Origin: an uncultured Candidatus Saccharibacteria bacterium
GTDB lineage: Bacteria > Patescibacteriota > Saccharimonadia > Saccharimonadales > CAIOMD01
Direction of reading: 5' to 3'
DNA: 64,000 nt
Assembly (NCBI GenBank): GCA_964477125.1
Contig: CAYZCZ010000001.1
Coordinates: forward strand, 43,790 to 107,789
Shown here piece by piece: positions 21,762 to 31,939 of the stretch. The position numbers and the translations under genes are program-made. The notes under the pieces are model-generated. The model did not search any database and was not told where the DNA came from. It was given only the letters and a program-made list of their open reading frames with translations. Each line of letters starts with the position of its first letter. Position 1 is the stretch's first letter.

Positions 21762-22616
21762 TTAGGCTTTGGCACCTGCGGTGCTTTTAGCAATTTTATT
21801 AACTTTATTCTTACTATGGTCTTCCTTGTCGTGATTTTCATCATGCGCAGTACCCATAGCCAAATAAACGGACGATAACATAATAAACAAATATGCCTGA
21901 ATAAGCGAAAAGAATATTTCAAGCAATATTATAGGAATAGTCATAACAGGGGCCAAATTACCTGCAAGGCTGGTAATAACGTGTAGTAAGACCTCACCAG
22001 CATATATAACACCAAATAACCTTAAGGCCAAGGTAAGTAAGCGCACAAGCTCACTAAGTATTTCGATAAACCCTATAAAGAAGTTCATTGGGTTCCACCA
22101 TGGGGTCATAATACTAAAGTAATGTTTAATGTGCCCAAAAAATCCACGTTCTTTGATTGCAAAATACTGAACAGTCGCAATAGCAATAAATGCTAGTGCT
22201 AGCGTGCCATTAAGGTCAGTAGTGAATGGCCGTAGTAAGGCTGCCTTAATCCCTTCAGACGTTTCCACGTATATAGATCCGCCCATTCCGGGCAAAAGAC
22301 CACCTAGATTATTAATGAGTATAAAGGTAAAAAATGCTAAAAATAAGCCTAAAAACTTACGAGCCTTTTTTTCATCACCCATAAAGTTATTTTTTATTTC
22401 ACCCATTATAAAAATAGCTAGTATTTCAGTTGTAAACGCAAATTTAGAATTCGGCCTAGCCTTTATAAACAAGGCCATTGCACCAAAAATAACCATAATT
22501 ATAAGTGCAGTTAAGACACCCATTATCATTGAGTTGGTAATGGGGAAGTTGCCTATAGTAAAAATGGTTTCAGCACTTAAAGGTACAGTATCTCCACTTG
22601 CAAAAAAAGGTAACAT
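21762..22616 (-). CDS. atpB: Fo ATP synthase subunit a
   Basis: Polytopic protein with the conserved Arg-containing helix (LSLALRLFGVIYAGE). Confidence 0.9.
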   Translation of the reverse strand: MLPFFASGDTVPLSAETIFTIGNFPITNSMIMGVLTALIIMVIFGAMALFIKARPNSKFAFTTEILAIFIMGEIKNNFMGDEKKARKFLGLFLAFFTFILINNLGGLLPGMGGSIYVETSEGIKAALLRPFTTDLNGTLALAFIAIATVQYFAIKERGFFGHIKHYFSIMTPWWNPMNFFIGFIEILSELVRLLTLALRLFGVIYAGEVLLHVITSLAGNLAPVMTIPIILLEIFFSLIQAYLFIMLSSVYLAMGTAHDENHDKEDHSKNKVNKIAKSTAGAKA

Positions 22617-22873
22617 TAATTAACCTCTTTCAGGCACACAAAATCAATAAGTGAAGCATTTAAACTTTTTTTCATTCTATTTAACGTTAGTCTAACAGAT
22701 AATAGACTGTGTTTCAATAAAAAAATAACTGGTTTTTACTTTTTTAGGTATTCAATATAAAAAACACCCAATATCACATGCTATTCACTGACTTGTCTAA
22801 CAACCCATTTTAATAGTATGAATTGAATCTTGATATTTACTACTAATATGTATTATCTAACCGTTGATGCCAT

Positions 22874-23260
22874 TTAAATTATTTTATGTTCAAGTTCGGC
22901 AATTCTTTTATGATTAAGACCATAGTAGTGGGCAACTTCATGCCAAACAGTGTTATAAAGTTGGATTTTTAAACTTTTCAAGTTATCTGTATTCTGTACG
23001 TGAGCTAGCCTAAAAATAGTTATTTTATCTGGTAATGTTAGGGCATAGCCTCCGTGTCTTTCTGTTAGGGGGACTCCTTCGTACAATCCGTATAAACTTT
23101 CGCATGGCCTTAGGTTCAGTTTTTCCCTTTGCTCTTGGCTAGGTTCATCTTCGACAAAAAAAGCAATATTATTTAGATTCTCCTGGTACAAGGTTGGTAT
23201 TTTACTAATAGACTCTGTAACAAGTTTTTCGAAGTCGGATTCAGAAATACTAAAAGCCAT
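22874..23260 (-). CDS. small zincin-like metallopeptidase-family protein (DUF1025/MtfA-like)
   Basis: HEVAHYYGLNH (HExxH...H) motif near the C-terminus of a 128-aa protein. Confidence 0.6.
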   Translation of the reverse strand: MAFSISESDFEKLVTESISKIPTLYQENLNNIAFFVEDEPSQEQREKLNLRPCESLYGLYEGVPLTERHGGYALTLPDKITIFRLAHVQNTDNLKSLKIQLYNTVWHEVAHYYGLNHKRIAELEHKII

Positions 23261-24732
23261 TACTGTAATGCCGATGTTAACCTGGCTAAATTATCAACAA
23301 CTTTTTGTCTATACGGTCGATTCACCCAATCTTTAAGATGCAACTTTTTACTTGAAGAGCGATAACTTGCTTCTACAGCATGCATCCTATTGGCAAAATC
23401 TTCACTATGGAACATAGCTGTTACCTCCATATTTAAACCAAAGGATCGGATATCCATGTTACTCGAACCAATTATCGAAACTTTATTATCTATAGTCATG
23501 TGCTTAGCATGTAGCACGGCAGGGCTTTTATATAGGAATATTTTGACTCCCGCCCTTAGTAAAGTTTCATAATAAGACCTTTGAGCATGATAAACCATAA
23601 ATTGATCACCAATTTCTGAAACAAATAATTCAACGTTAATGCCTCTTTCTGACGCTGTAGTTAATGCCATAAGCATAGATTCTTCAGGAACGAAATAGGG
23701 GCTCGAAATTATAATATCTTTTTGCGCATTGTACATTAGCGAATTAAACAATTTTAAATTATTTTCCGAATCAAAACCTGGTCCACTTGGAATAATCTGG
23801 CAATCTACATCTCCGTAGTCTTTAACCTTAGATAAAATCTGCTTGTTATGCCTAATTATATTTTCATTGGTTTCAGCATACCAGTCCGAAGCAAAAAGGC
23901 CATTAAGTTCCGTAGCTACTAAGCCCTCTACTCGGACCATTAGCTCCTTCCAATAAACGCCTTTTTTAATGTTCTTCTTTTTGTTATAACTTTTATCTAT
24001 TATATTCTGTGAGCCGGTATATCCAACGGTTCCATCGCATACTAATATTTTTCGGTGGTTTCTTAAATCTGGTCTTTGAAATTTTCCCTTAAGTGGCTGG
24101 ACAGGCAACATTAAATGCCAGTCAATACCAGCTTCGTTTAAAAATTTTACAGTTTTTTTATAATCAGGATATTGCAAAGAACCAACATGGTCGAATAATA
24201 CCCGAACTTTGACACCTTTTTTATGAACTGTTACAAGTGCATCAAAAAAATCTTTAGTAGTTTTATCTAAAGACATTATATAGAAACTAACATTAACGAA
24301 ATCTTTAGCTTTTAGAATATCTTTAGTCATAGCTTTAATAGAATTCTCGTAACCTTCAACTAAATCAGCTCTATTGCCACCTACTAAAGGTAATGCTCCA
24401 AGATTAGCGTTTAATTTTGCAACTAATAGTAGCCAATTAGGTGCTGGAATCTCATCGTTAATTGTTATAGCATTGTCGGTTAGTTTACGTATTTCACTAG
24501 TGATGTAAGCTTGTTTTTTACGCCTTTTCTTGGGAAGTTTTGGACTACCAATTAACCAAAAAGCTATTACACCCAAAACTGGAATAAAGAATATTGCCAA
24601 CAACCAGGCCGCCGCCGATGAGGGGCGACGATTATTCGGAATAATTAGTAAAGCCGCAATTCTAAGGCCAATATCTAATGCTATTAAAAATATGGCAATC
24701 GAACCAGAAATATCAGTATAAAATAAATTCAT
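23260..24732 (-). CDS. cls: cardiolipin synthase (phospholipase D superfamily)
   Basis: Two N-terminal TM helices and two HKD motifs; the second is HAKHMTIDNKVSIIGSSNMD. Confidence 0.85.
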   Translation of the reverse strand: MNLFYTDISGSIAIFLIALDIGLRIAALLIIPNNRRPSSAAAWLLAIFFIPVLGVIAFWLIGSPKLPKKRRKKQAYITSEIRKLTDNAITINDEIPAPNWLLLVAKLNANLGALPLVGGNRADLVEGYENSIKAMTKDILKAKDFVNVSFYIMSLDKTTKDFFDALVTVHKKGVKVRVLFDHVGSLQYPDYKKTVKFLNEAGIDWHLMLPVQPLKGKFQRPDLRNHRKILVCDGTVGYTGSQNIIDKSYNKKKNIKKGVYWKELMVRVEGLVATELNGLFASDWYAETNENIIRHNKQILSKVKDYGDVDCQIIPSGPGFDSENNLKLFNSLMYNAQKDIIISSPYFVPEESMLMALTTASERGINVELFVSEIGDQFMVYHAQRSYYETLLRAGVKIFLYKSPAVLHAKHMTIDNKVSIIGSSNMDIRSFGLNMEVTAMFHSEDFANRMHAVEASYRSSSKKLHLKDWVNRPYRQKVVDNLARLTSALQ

Positions 24733-24807
24733 TCAATGTTTAGTATATCTTATTCATCCTTAAGATGTGTTTGTTTAAGAACATGTTTTTTTATGTACTT
24801 TCATATC

Positions 24808-25482
24808 CTAACCGTAACTGTTATATGCTTTTAGAAGCAGTATAGAAAAAATATAAGTAGCAATGATGAATAGCCAAACATAGTGTCTATATACGTATTT
24901 ATGTAGCTTTGGGTATAGTGCAAGTAACAAGCCGTACGCAAATAAGTAGCGCACTATCCTAACTGTGACGGCGACTATTAAAAAGGCAAGTAGGTTGTAT
25001 TTATATTGCCAGGCTAGGTGGGTAAAAGTTTTATAAGGCACACCCGAGAATGGCTGGTTTGCTAAACCCATTATTCCCATTTTGTCGTACCAAATTTTTG
25101 TTTGCGTAATCATTTTTTCTTGTATATAGGGCAAGTTATCAATGTATTTTTCTGGCAATCTAATCATTATGGCAATAATTGTTCCAGCTACCGTTCCTGC
25201 AATATCGTACATAAGCATTTGGCGTTTTTTGTGGACCCTCATAAAAATAACCAAAACAAGTAAAAACTCCGGAATAACATACCAAACCAGTGCCTCGCCG
25301 GCAGCCCAAGCAAAAACCAACCAGTTAGCTTGCTTGCTAGAGAAAAAGTTTTCTAAATAATGATTAAAGCCTAAAACTTTTAGAGAATCTTTATGGCGCC
25401 ACCAATACCAAGCAAAAAAGGGTACGATAAACAAAACAATGGAGACGAAAACAAATAAGAAATTTACCAAATATATAAGCAT
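24808..25482 (-). CDS. YqaA/DedA-like (SNARE-associated domain) membrane protein
   Basis: Polytopic, with a central VLVIFMRV...DIAGTVAGT region that resembles YqaA-family proteins (weak). Confidence 0.4.
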   Translation of the reverse strand: MLIYLVNFLFVFVSIVLFIVPFFAWYWWRHKDSLKVLGFNHYLENFFSSKQANWLVFAWAAGEALVWYVIPEFLLVLVIFMRVHKKRQMLMYDIAGTVAGTIIAIMIRLPEKYIDNLPYIQEKMITQTKIWYDKMGIMGLANQPFSGVPYKTFTHLAWQYKYNLLAFLIVAVTVRIVRYLFAYGLLLALYPKLHKYVYRHYVWLFIIATYIFSILLLKAYNSYG

Positions 25483-26360
25483 AGAAGAATCCCAAAGCTA
25501 TATATCAAGTCCAATTTAATTATTTTGTGAAACAGCTTGTTATTAAACTTATTTTGCCAACCACTTTTTAGGCTAAAGTGCACAAAAACTATGTATAAAC
25601 TAAAAAGGGATAGAGTACATAGCACCAACATACTAGCCATATTTTTACTAATGATACCGTATATTCCAGCTCCTATTAACAAATAGCCAAATATAGAAAC
25701 AATAATACTTACAAACCTAGTTATGCGTGGCCCAAAAGCAATTAAAAATGTTTTTTTATTATGTTCTTTATCTCCCTTAACATCTTTATAGTCTTTGAGC
25801 ATTGAAATCGCAAACCTCTGTAAAAATGTTCCTACTAGAATGGATACAAGTATTAAATAAGAATATGACGAACCGATACTACCTAAATAATATCCCAGAA
25901 GGAGCGGCAGAGTAGCCATGCAAAAAGTGAGTGAAATAATAGATAAATTTGGTTTTCTTGAAAGCCTTAGTGGCTTGCTGTTATAAGCATAAGCAAATAA
26001 TAAAGATAAAATTGCAAAAATACTTACTATTTCAAATTGTCCAGAAAGAAAAGCGCTAAATAATGTACCTAAAATCAACAACCAGCAGAATTGTTTGACA
26101 GTCTTTTTTTCAACTGCGTCCTTGCCATGCAAGCCATAATCACGGCCATTTGCTTTATCTATAGAGTAATCTTCAAGGTCATTATGTAATGTAGCAAACA
26201 TACTTAAGAATAAAACGGTTAAAAAAGAATAATAGTAGGTTCTGTCATTTAAAACTTCAATATAGGGATTCCCAATAAATGAACCAAAAAAAAATGCCGT
26301 TACTGGCATCAAGGCATTTTGTGGCCTAGACATTTTGATTAAATTTTGGAATGTCTCCAT
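25464..26360 (-). CDS. UbiA-superfamily aromatic/isoprenoid prenyltransferase
   Basis: NDLEDYSIDKAN (NDxxDxxxD) motif and about 8 TM helices. Confidence 0.7.
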   Translation of the reverse strand: METFQNLIKMSRPQNALMPVTAFFFGSFIGNPYIEVLNDRTYYYSFLTVLFLSMFATLHNDLEDYSIDKANGRDYGLHGKDAVEKKTVKQFCWLLILGTLFSAFLSGQFEIVSIFAILSLLFAYAYNSKPLRLSRKPNLSIISLTFCMATLPLLLGYYLGSIGSSYSYLILVSILVGTFLQRFAISMLKDYKDVKGDKEHNKKTFLIAFGPRITRFVSIIVSIFGYLLIGAGIYGIISKNMASMLVLCTLSLFSLYIVFVHFSLKSGWQNKFNNKLFHKIIKLDLIYSFGILLCLYIW

Positions 26361-26824
26361 TAACTATTTAATTCCCATAACCCCATAAACAAAGTGACAA
26401 TCCAAAAAGCCCCAATAGCCGTATAGCCCAATATTGGCATAACAATGATTAAAACAATTATCGAACCTAGTATTGCTCTATTTTTATTTGGCTTTTGGCT
26501 TTTTACATTTCTTACAACCTGTTTTATCAAAGAGTAACCTACAGAGGCTATGCCAATGATAAAGAAAAAGGCAACACCAATCATACTAGTTTTTTTATTA
26601 CCTACAATATAGCCAAAGATTACAACGACTGCAGCGAAAAATAAAAATAATTGAAATAGTCTCGATCGCATACCTGAGTCTAAGGTATCAAAAGGGTTCG
26701 GCTCACGAGGAGTAACATTTCCTTGGGCCAAAATAATATCTTTTTGTACTTTATCAATATTATTTTCTATAGATATATGATCAACATCATTATTTATTAT
26801 TGGACTTTTTTTATCTTCATTCAT
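26360..26824 (-). CDS. small 4-TM membrane protein, paralog 1 of 3
   Basis: Soluble N-terminal domain, then TM-TM, a basic linker and TM-TM; same layout as the next two genes. Confidence 0.5.
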   Translation of the reverse strand: MNEDKKSPIINNDVDHISIENNIDKVQKDIILAQGNVTPREPNPFDTLDSGMRSRLFQLFLFFAAVVVIFGYIVGNKKTSMIGVAFFFIIGIASVGYSLIKQVVRNVKSQKPNKNRAILGSIIVLIIVMPILGYTAIGAFWIVTLFMGLWELNS

Positions 26825-26858
26825 ACTAATATCCTATTAAATTTAATATTTATATAAC

Positions 26859-27365
26859 CTATGAGTTTGGCCCACCCGAAACAACCATTACAAACATAAG
26901 TACCACAACAAGGGAACCAATCGCAATTATCGGTCCGAATACAACTATCAGAAAAACCGAACCTAAGATTTTAATTAATTTTCCTAGTCCTTTATTTTCT
27001 ATGGGCTCAAAATCTAGTGATTTTTTTGGCTTGTGTAGAAAACTACCTACTAATGTTGAGGTCCCTAGTATAGTAACCGCAATTATTCCAATAACAGCAA
27101 TAGGAAAAACTTGAAAAATAAATGATAATACAGTGATGCATCCTAAGGCTAATAGAGCTGTTTCATTAGTTGAGCTTTTTACCTGTATATTGCTATTAAT
27201 TATCTGTATATTGCCTTGATATGCTTTTGACTCACCCTTATCAACATCAAAGATAGTAACTTGCTTTTGGCTATTGTTAAATGGTTGTCGGGCTCCATTA
27301 TCTTGCTGCATAAATTTATGACCCTTCGGGGTTAGATGCAGACCTACCCTCACAAGCATGACCAC
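26859..27365 (-). CDS. small 4-TM membrane protein, paralog 2 of 3
   Basis: Same architecture. The real start is probably the internal Met (MQQDNG, about 27311), which would remove the overlap with the next gene. Confidence 0.5.
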   Translation of the reverse strand: MVMLVRVGLHLTPKGHKFMQQDNGARQPFNNSQKQVTIFDVDKGESKAYQGNIQIINSNIQVKSSTNETALLALGCITVLSFIFQVFPIAVIGIIAVTILGTSTLVGSFLHKPKKSLDFEPIENKGLGKLIKILGSVFLIVVFGPIIAIGSLVVVLMFVMVVSGGPNS

Positions 27366-27729
27366 ATCTTATTAATGCAATAACAATAATAGCAACTACT
27401 AAAGGAGGTATTATGGCCACAAATAACCCTATCGCCACGAATACGACCTTTAACAATCTTGATTTGCGATCATCTGTTGAATTACTTACAGCGGGTCGAA
27501 TTATCGCATTTGCAAGGCTGGCTACACCAAGAATAAATAAAATTGGAATTGAAATCATTAGAATTTGAGGCGATGGAATAATAAACCCAACGACAGTGAT
27601 TATTCCTAAAAACAATAGTACGTAGTTAACGTATTGTTGGTACTTATTTTTTTTAGGTAAATCAGAGTTAATGCTATCTACATTATTATCAAAAGCTGTT
27701 CTCTCGGTACTAAGATTATCGTTTTCCAT
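27316..27729 (-). CDS. small 4-TM membrane protein, paralog 3 of 3
   Basis: Same architecture, with the basic linker STDDRKSR between the helix pairs. Confidence 0.5.
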   Translation of the reverse strand: MENDNLSTERTAFDNNVDSINSDLPKKNKYQQYVNYVLLFLGIITVVGFIIPSPQILMISIPILFILGVASLANAIIRPAVSNSTDDRKSRLLKVVFVAIGLFVAIIPPLVVAIIVIALIRCGHACEGRSASNPEGS

Positions 27730-28387
27730 GCTTCTTTATGCCTTTGCTGTATAAGTACACTATTGCTAGCATGGTTAGATATCCTATAACTACCAAAGTG
27801 AAAGAAAAAGAAATTGTTAAAGGTTTTTTTGCAATGATAAAACCACAAAAACCAATAAAAGCTATCAAATTAGCAAAATACCAACTAGGCCATAAGGGTT
27901 TTAGTTCTTTTTTTTCATGTATTAAAGCTTTGCCAAGTTTAAAATTAGCCAGTAACCATACACCCAAAAAAACCAAAGCCAAACCCACAGATATTATCCT
28001 GGGTGTATTAAATATTAAGATTCCGCTTTGCATGTATGGTTCTGGTTTTATGCCGAATAACCGTACAACTATAAAAACTGCACCTACTAAGACGGTACTA
28101 TATTCAACTATTTTCCAATTTTTTGCCGGAACAAATGATTCTAATAGCAAAATAGTTGCCACCACAAGCATTAAATCGCCAAATATAACCGCCGGTACAA
28201 GTGCGTCTATGGTTCCGCTAATAGATGCAAAGGCCCAAGCTGTACAAGCACCTACCATTAGAACATAAGCATATGCCAATGGTTTGGTTTTAAATCTAAT
28301 TTTTTTATTTAATTTGATCTTGTCAGTAACAACTGCAAACAAGCCAAAAGTTATGGCTAAAGATATAAACCCTACTGCTCCCCACAT
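27716..28387 (-). CDS. polytopic membrane protein (223 aa), unknown function
   Basis: Six or more hydrophobic helices; heads the minus-strand run of membrane genes. Confidence 0.5.
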   Translation of the reverse strand: MWGAVGFISLAITFGLFAVVTDKIKLNKKIRFKTKPLAYAYVLMVGACTAWAFASISGTIDALVPAVIFGDLMLVVATILLLESFVPAKNWKIVEYSTVLVGAVFIVVRLFGIKPEPYMQSGILIFNTPRIISVGLALVFLGVWLLANFKLGKALIHEKKELKPLWPSWYFANLIAFIGFCGFIIAKKPLTISFSFTLVVIGYLTMLAIVYLYSKGIKKHGKR

Positions 28388-28440
28388 ATTTTTTCCTTTT
28401 GATTAGGCTAATGCTAATAGTGTAATATTAAATATATCAA

Positions 28441-29007
28441 ATGCAAACAATAATTTTAGTAGTTTTCGCTTATCTATGTGGTTCAATTCCTTTTGGTAAA
28501 ATCTTTGGTTTACTAAAAGGAATAGATATACAAAAAAGAGGAAGCGGTAATATTGGCTTTGCCAATGCAGTGCGCGTTCTTGGATGGCCACTAGGTGTTG
28601 CTGTTTTAGTTGGCGATGTGCTAAAAGGTTTTATACCAGTTTATATTGCAAACAATATTTTAGGAATTAGTGGAAATCAAATACTTTTGATAGGCCTAGC
28701 ACCAATAATTGGTCATGCCTTTCCAATATGGCTTAAATTCAGGGGAGGTAAGTCAATAGCAACAGGTCTTGGGGTTACCGCTGTGATTAGCCCTGTTTTG
28801 GCAGTTTGTGGGATTCTAACATATTTAATAGCGTTTTCCGTGATAAAAAAGTCTGCTCCTTCATCATTAATTGGTACCTGGCTACTACCAATTTATGCAG
28901 TATTCATTAACCCACAGCTGGTTAATTATTTTGTTATATTGGCATTATTTGCTACATATACCCACAGATCCAATATTAAGCAGTTTACTAATGCCAAATT
29001 TAACTAA
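28441..29007 (+). CDS. plsY: glycerol-3-phosphate acyltransferase PlsY
   Basis: GSGNIGFAN motif and conserved PlsY topology. Confidence 0.8.
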   Translation: MQTIILVVFAYLCGSIPFGKIFGLLKGIDIQKRGSGNIGFANAVRVLGWPLGVAVLVGDVLKGFIPVYIANNILGISGNQILLIGLAPIIGHAFPIWLKFRGGKSIATGLGVTAVISPVLAVCGILTYLIAFSVIKKSAPSSLIGTWLLPIYAVFINPQLVNYFVILALFATYTHRSNIKQFTNAKFN

Positions 29008-29698
29008 CTTATTAATTATATTCACAGTTATATTTGTTGTTGGATATTTTTTGTCATATTATCTGTACAAAATAAACAATAAACAATTCAAAAAATCAGC
29101 TTTGCAAATAAAAATACTACTTTGGATTCCTATTTTTGCAGTGTTTTTAGTATTTATTTATGGGAATATAGCAATTAAATATATAGTTATTACATTTATT
29201 CTAATAAATGTAATAGTAGAAGTACTAAATAACTATCAAAAATCTAAACAAAAATCTGTAGTTGTAGCATACGGATTATTAATAAGCCTATGTATTCTAA
29301 CCATATTACCCATTAGCGTAAATAGCAATGTACTAGTAATAGCCCTTTGTTTTAGCTCCGTTATGTCTGATGTATTCGCATTTTTCTTTGGCAATTTTTT
29401 TGGCAGACATAAATTACCACCATTTATTAACAATAAGAAGAACTGGGAAGGGGTAATCGGCCAAATTGTTGGCGCATTTATTGGAATAGTGCTAATAAAT
29501 TCTTTTGTAGGACATATCAACTTACTAATATTTATTCCAATTGCCCTTGGCTCTGCTTTAGGGGATCTTATTAACAGCACAGTTAAAAGAAAAGAAAACA
29601 TAAAAGATTGGTCTAGCTCTTTGCCGGGTCACGGTGGGTATTTAGATAGATTTAGCAGTCTTGGCATTGCATGCCTATTAGTTTTCTTAACACTCTAA
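28991..29698 (+). CDS. cdsA: phosphatidate cytidylyltransferase (CDP-diglyceride synthase)
   Basis: C-terminal signature KRKENIKDWSSSLPGHGGYLDRFSS. Start placed at the internal ATG (MPNLTN) rather than the tracked 28871, which would overlap plsY by 137 nt. Confidence 0.85.
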   Translation: MPNLTNLLIIFTVIFVVGYFLSYYLYKINNKQFKKSALQIKILLWIPIFAVFLVFIYGNIAIKYIVITFILINVIVEVLNNYQKSKQKSVVVAYGLLISLCILTILPISVNSNVLVIALCFSSVMSDVFAFFFGNFFGRHKLPPFINNKKNWEGVIGQIVGAFIGIVLINSFVGHINLLIFIPIALGSALGDLINSTVKRKENIKDWSSSLPGHGGYLDRFSSLGIACLLVFLTL

Positions 29699-30120
29699 TT
29701 ATTAATTAATATGTACGGCTTCTTAATAAAAAGAAAAGATTTTATATGCTTACCTGAAGCTTTAATAATATGAGTGTGTTGGTGGGCTGGCACCGTTTTA
29801 GTAGTATTGTTAATTCCGCGTGCGAAAACATCGTAGCCGTTACTTTCGTATTTAGACATTAAACCAAATATTTCATTTTTTTCTACAGAATCCAAATCGT
29901 TGAACGTACCAACGTGCCGTTTCGGAACAATCATTAGATGATCTATTACAATTTGCTGATCCCAATAACTATATGGGAAGTCATTTTTAATCACATAACA
30001 ACTTTCAAGTTTTTCAACTATTTCTCGTTTATTCATATCTTCACAAAAAGGGCAGTGGTTGTTATCTACGGTTTGTAAAAATTTTTTATAATTATTTCTA
30101 GATTGTCTATTTCTGTACAT
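29695..30120 (-). CDS. HIT-family (histidine triad) nucleotide hydrolase/transferase
   Basis: HQHTHII histidine-triad motif near the C-terminus. Confidence 0.65.
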   Translation of the reverse strand: MYRNRQSRNNYKKFLQTVDNNHCPFCEDMNKREIVEKLESCYVIKNDFPYSYWDQQIVIDHLMIVPKRHVGTFNDLDSVEKNEIFGLMSKYESNGYDVFARGINNTTKTVPAHQHTHIIKASGKHIKSFLFIKKPYILINN

Positions 30121-30182
30121 CCAACACTAGTATAAATGAACCAAAGTTTATTGCAAAATTGCATTAGGTATATAATACAATT

Positions 30183-30767
30183 ATGAAAAATAAGCATAAC
30201 TTTAACAGAAAATATACTTGGGCAATTCTTTTATTAAGTTCAGTAATTGGGCTTATAGCCTCTTTCGTACAAGCAATAGAAAGGATAGACTACGCTAAAA
30301 ATCCCAAGCTTCCATTAAGCTGTGATGTAAATTCAGTATTTAGCTGTAGTAATGTTTTTGATGCTTGGCAATCTTCGGTCTTTGGTTTTTCTAACAGCCT
30401 AATGTGCATAGTCTTTTTCACCCTTATATTAGGAGTAGCCTTGGCCGGTATTACTGGGAGTTTAATAAAAACCAAACTTAAGTATTTAATGCAGTTTTTT
30501 TCTATATTTTTCTTGGGTTTTGGAGCCTGGTATTTACACCAAAGCGCATTTGTTATTGATAGCCTCTGTATTTTTTGTATATTCTGCTACAGTGCAGTTA
30601 TTGCAATTAACTGGGCTTGGCTGAGGTTAAACGTGGCTGACTATAAACTGTCTCAAAACAGTAGAAATAAAGTTAATAAAGCTCTTAGTAGCGGTATTGA
30701 TACATTTTTATGGGTACTATGGGCAATCATTATTGCCAGTATGTTATACGTAGGAATTAAATACTAA
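30183..30767 (+). CDS. vitamin K epoxide reductase (VKOR) family protein
   Basis: Four to five TM helices, a CxxC (CIFC) in the last helix, and Cys pairs in the loop. Confidence 0.6.
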   Translation: MKNKHNFNRKYTWAILLLSSVIGLIASFVQAIERIDYAKNPKLPLSCDVNSVFSCSNVFDAWQSSVFGFSNSLMCIVFFTLILGVALAGITGSLIKTKLKYLMQFFSIFFLGFGAWYLHQSAFVIDSLCIFCIFCYSAVIAINWAWLRLNVADYKLSQNSRNKVNKALSSGIDTFLWVLWAIIIASMLYVGIKY

Positions 30768-30770
30768 GTT

Positions 30771-31937
30771 TTACAACTTTTTAAGGCTAGATTCTAGTGA
30801 CTTAATAATATCTTGGGCACCTTCGAACCCTACCGATAACCTAAAGAAACTTTTACTAATGCCAAGGCTTTGACGTTTTTCGTCCGATAAACTTCTATGG
30901 CTCATTGTAGCTGGGTGTGAAATTATCGTTTCCGGGCTAGCTAAGCTTTCGGCAAATACAATAATTTCATTCTTTTGAATATCTGTTACAAATTTTTTCA
31001 GATTCTCATACCTGGTTTCGTTGAGCTCTAGTGAAATAACTCCGCCAAATCCGTTTTTTGCATAAACTGCATCAAAACTATTTTGTTTCTTTAACGCAGG
31101 ATAATTAACCTTTTTTATCTTAGGGTGAGTTTGTAAAAATTTAGCAACCTCATCAGCAGTGTCGCTTACTCTACGCCATCTTAAACCCAATGTTTTTAGC
31201 TCTTGTATAAATCTGTAGCTTTCGTCGGGGCTCAACAGGGCACCAACCGACCACTGCAACCAAACATGACGTTCGTGCCATTTTTTGTTTTTGGTAATTA
31301 AAGCCCCACCTAAGCAATCGTTGTGACCACCAAAATATTTGCTTAAACTATATAAAACGGTACCAGCTCCGTAATCAAATGGATTAATGCTCGAGGGTGG
31401 TGTAAAAGTAGCGTCAACAACAAGTTCTAGCTTATGTTTTTTAGCAATTTTTGAAACTCTCGTTAAGTCAGTAACATTTAAAGATGGGTTAGTTATTGTT
31501 TCTACAAAAATTGCCTTGGTAGTTGGCTTGAACGCTTTGGCTACTTCTTTTTCATTCTCAACATCTATGTGACTTACCAATATGCCATAATCTTTAAAAA
31601 GCTGTTCTAAAAGCCGTACAGTTCCACCATATAGTTCTTTCCCGCAAATAATATGGTCGCCAGGCAAAAAATTAAACAATAACATTGTTGTTGCAGCGTC
31701 GCCTGAACCGAAAACAGTTGCTTGGCCTTGGCCTAGGATTAACTCAAGCTTTTTTTCTAAAATACTTCGTGTTGGGTTTTTGCCACGTGAATATGCCCAA
31801 GCAGATTCAACTCCAAATTCTGGCTGTCTGAAAGTTTTAGTCCTAACCAACAGTGGAGCAATTGCCCCAAACTGGGCATCAGGTGATTCACCGGCATGGA
31901 CAAACTTAGTGTTAAGAGATTGATAATTTTTTGACAT
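30771..31937 (-). CDS. PLP-dependent Cys/Met-metabolism enzyme (cystathionine gamma-synthase / O-acylhomoserine sulfhydrylase family)
   Basis: SLSKYFGGHNDCLGGAL PLP-lysine region and overall family pattern; preceded by a SAM riboswitch. Confidence 0.85.
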   Translation of the reverse strand: MSKNYQSLNTKFVHAGESPDAQFGAIAPLLVRTKTFRQPEFGVESAWAYSRGKNPTRSILEKKLELILGQGQATVFGSGDAATTMLLFNFLPGDHIICGKELYGGTVRLLEQLFKDYGILVSHIDVENEKEVAKAFKPTTKAIFVETITNPSLNVTDLTRVSKIAKKHKLELVVDATFTPPSSINPFDYGAGTVLYSLSKYFGGHNDCLGGALITKNKKWHERHVWLQWSVGALLSPDESYRFIQELKTLGLRWRRVSDTADEVAKFLQTHPKIKKVNYPALKKQNSFDAVYAKNGFGGVISLELNETRYENLKKFVTDIQKNEIIVFAESLASPETIISHPATMSHRSLSDEKRQSLGISKSFFRLSVGFEGAQDIIKSLESSLKKL

Positions 31938-31939
31938 TT

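Noticed and set aside
28871-28990. The long N-terminal extension of cdsA given by the ORF track (start 28871).
   Set aside because: It would overlap plsY by 137 nt in another frame. The internal ATG at 28991 gives a normal-length CdsA with a 17-nt overlap, which is more plausible.
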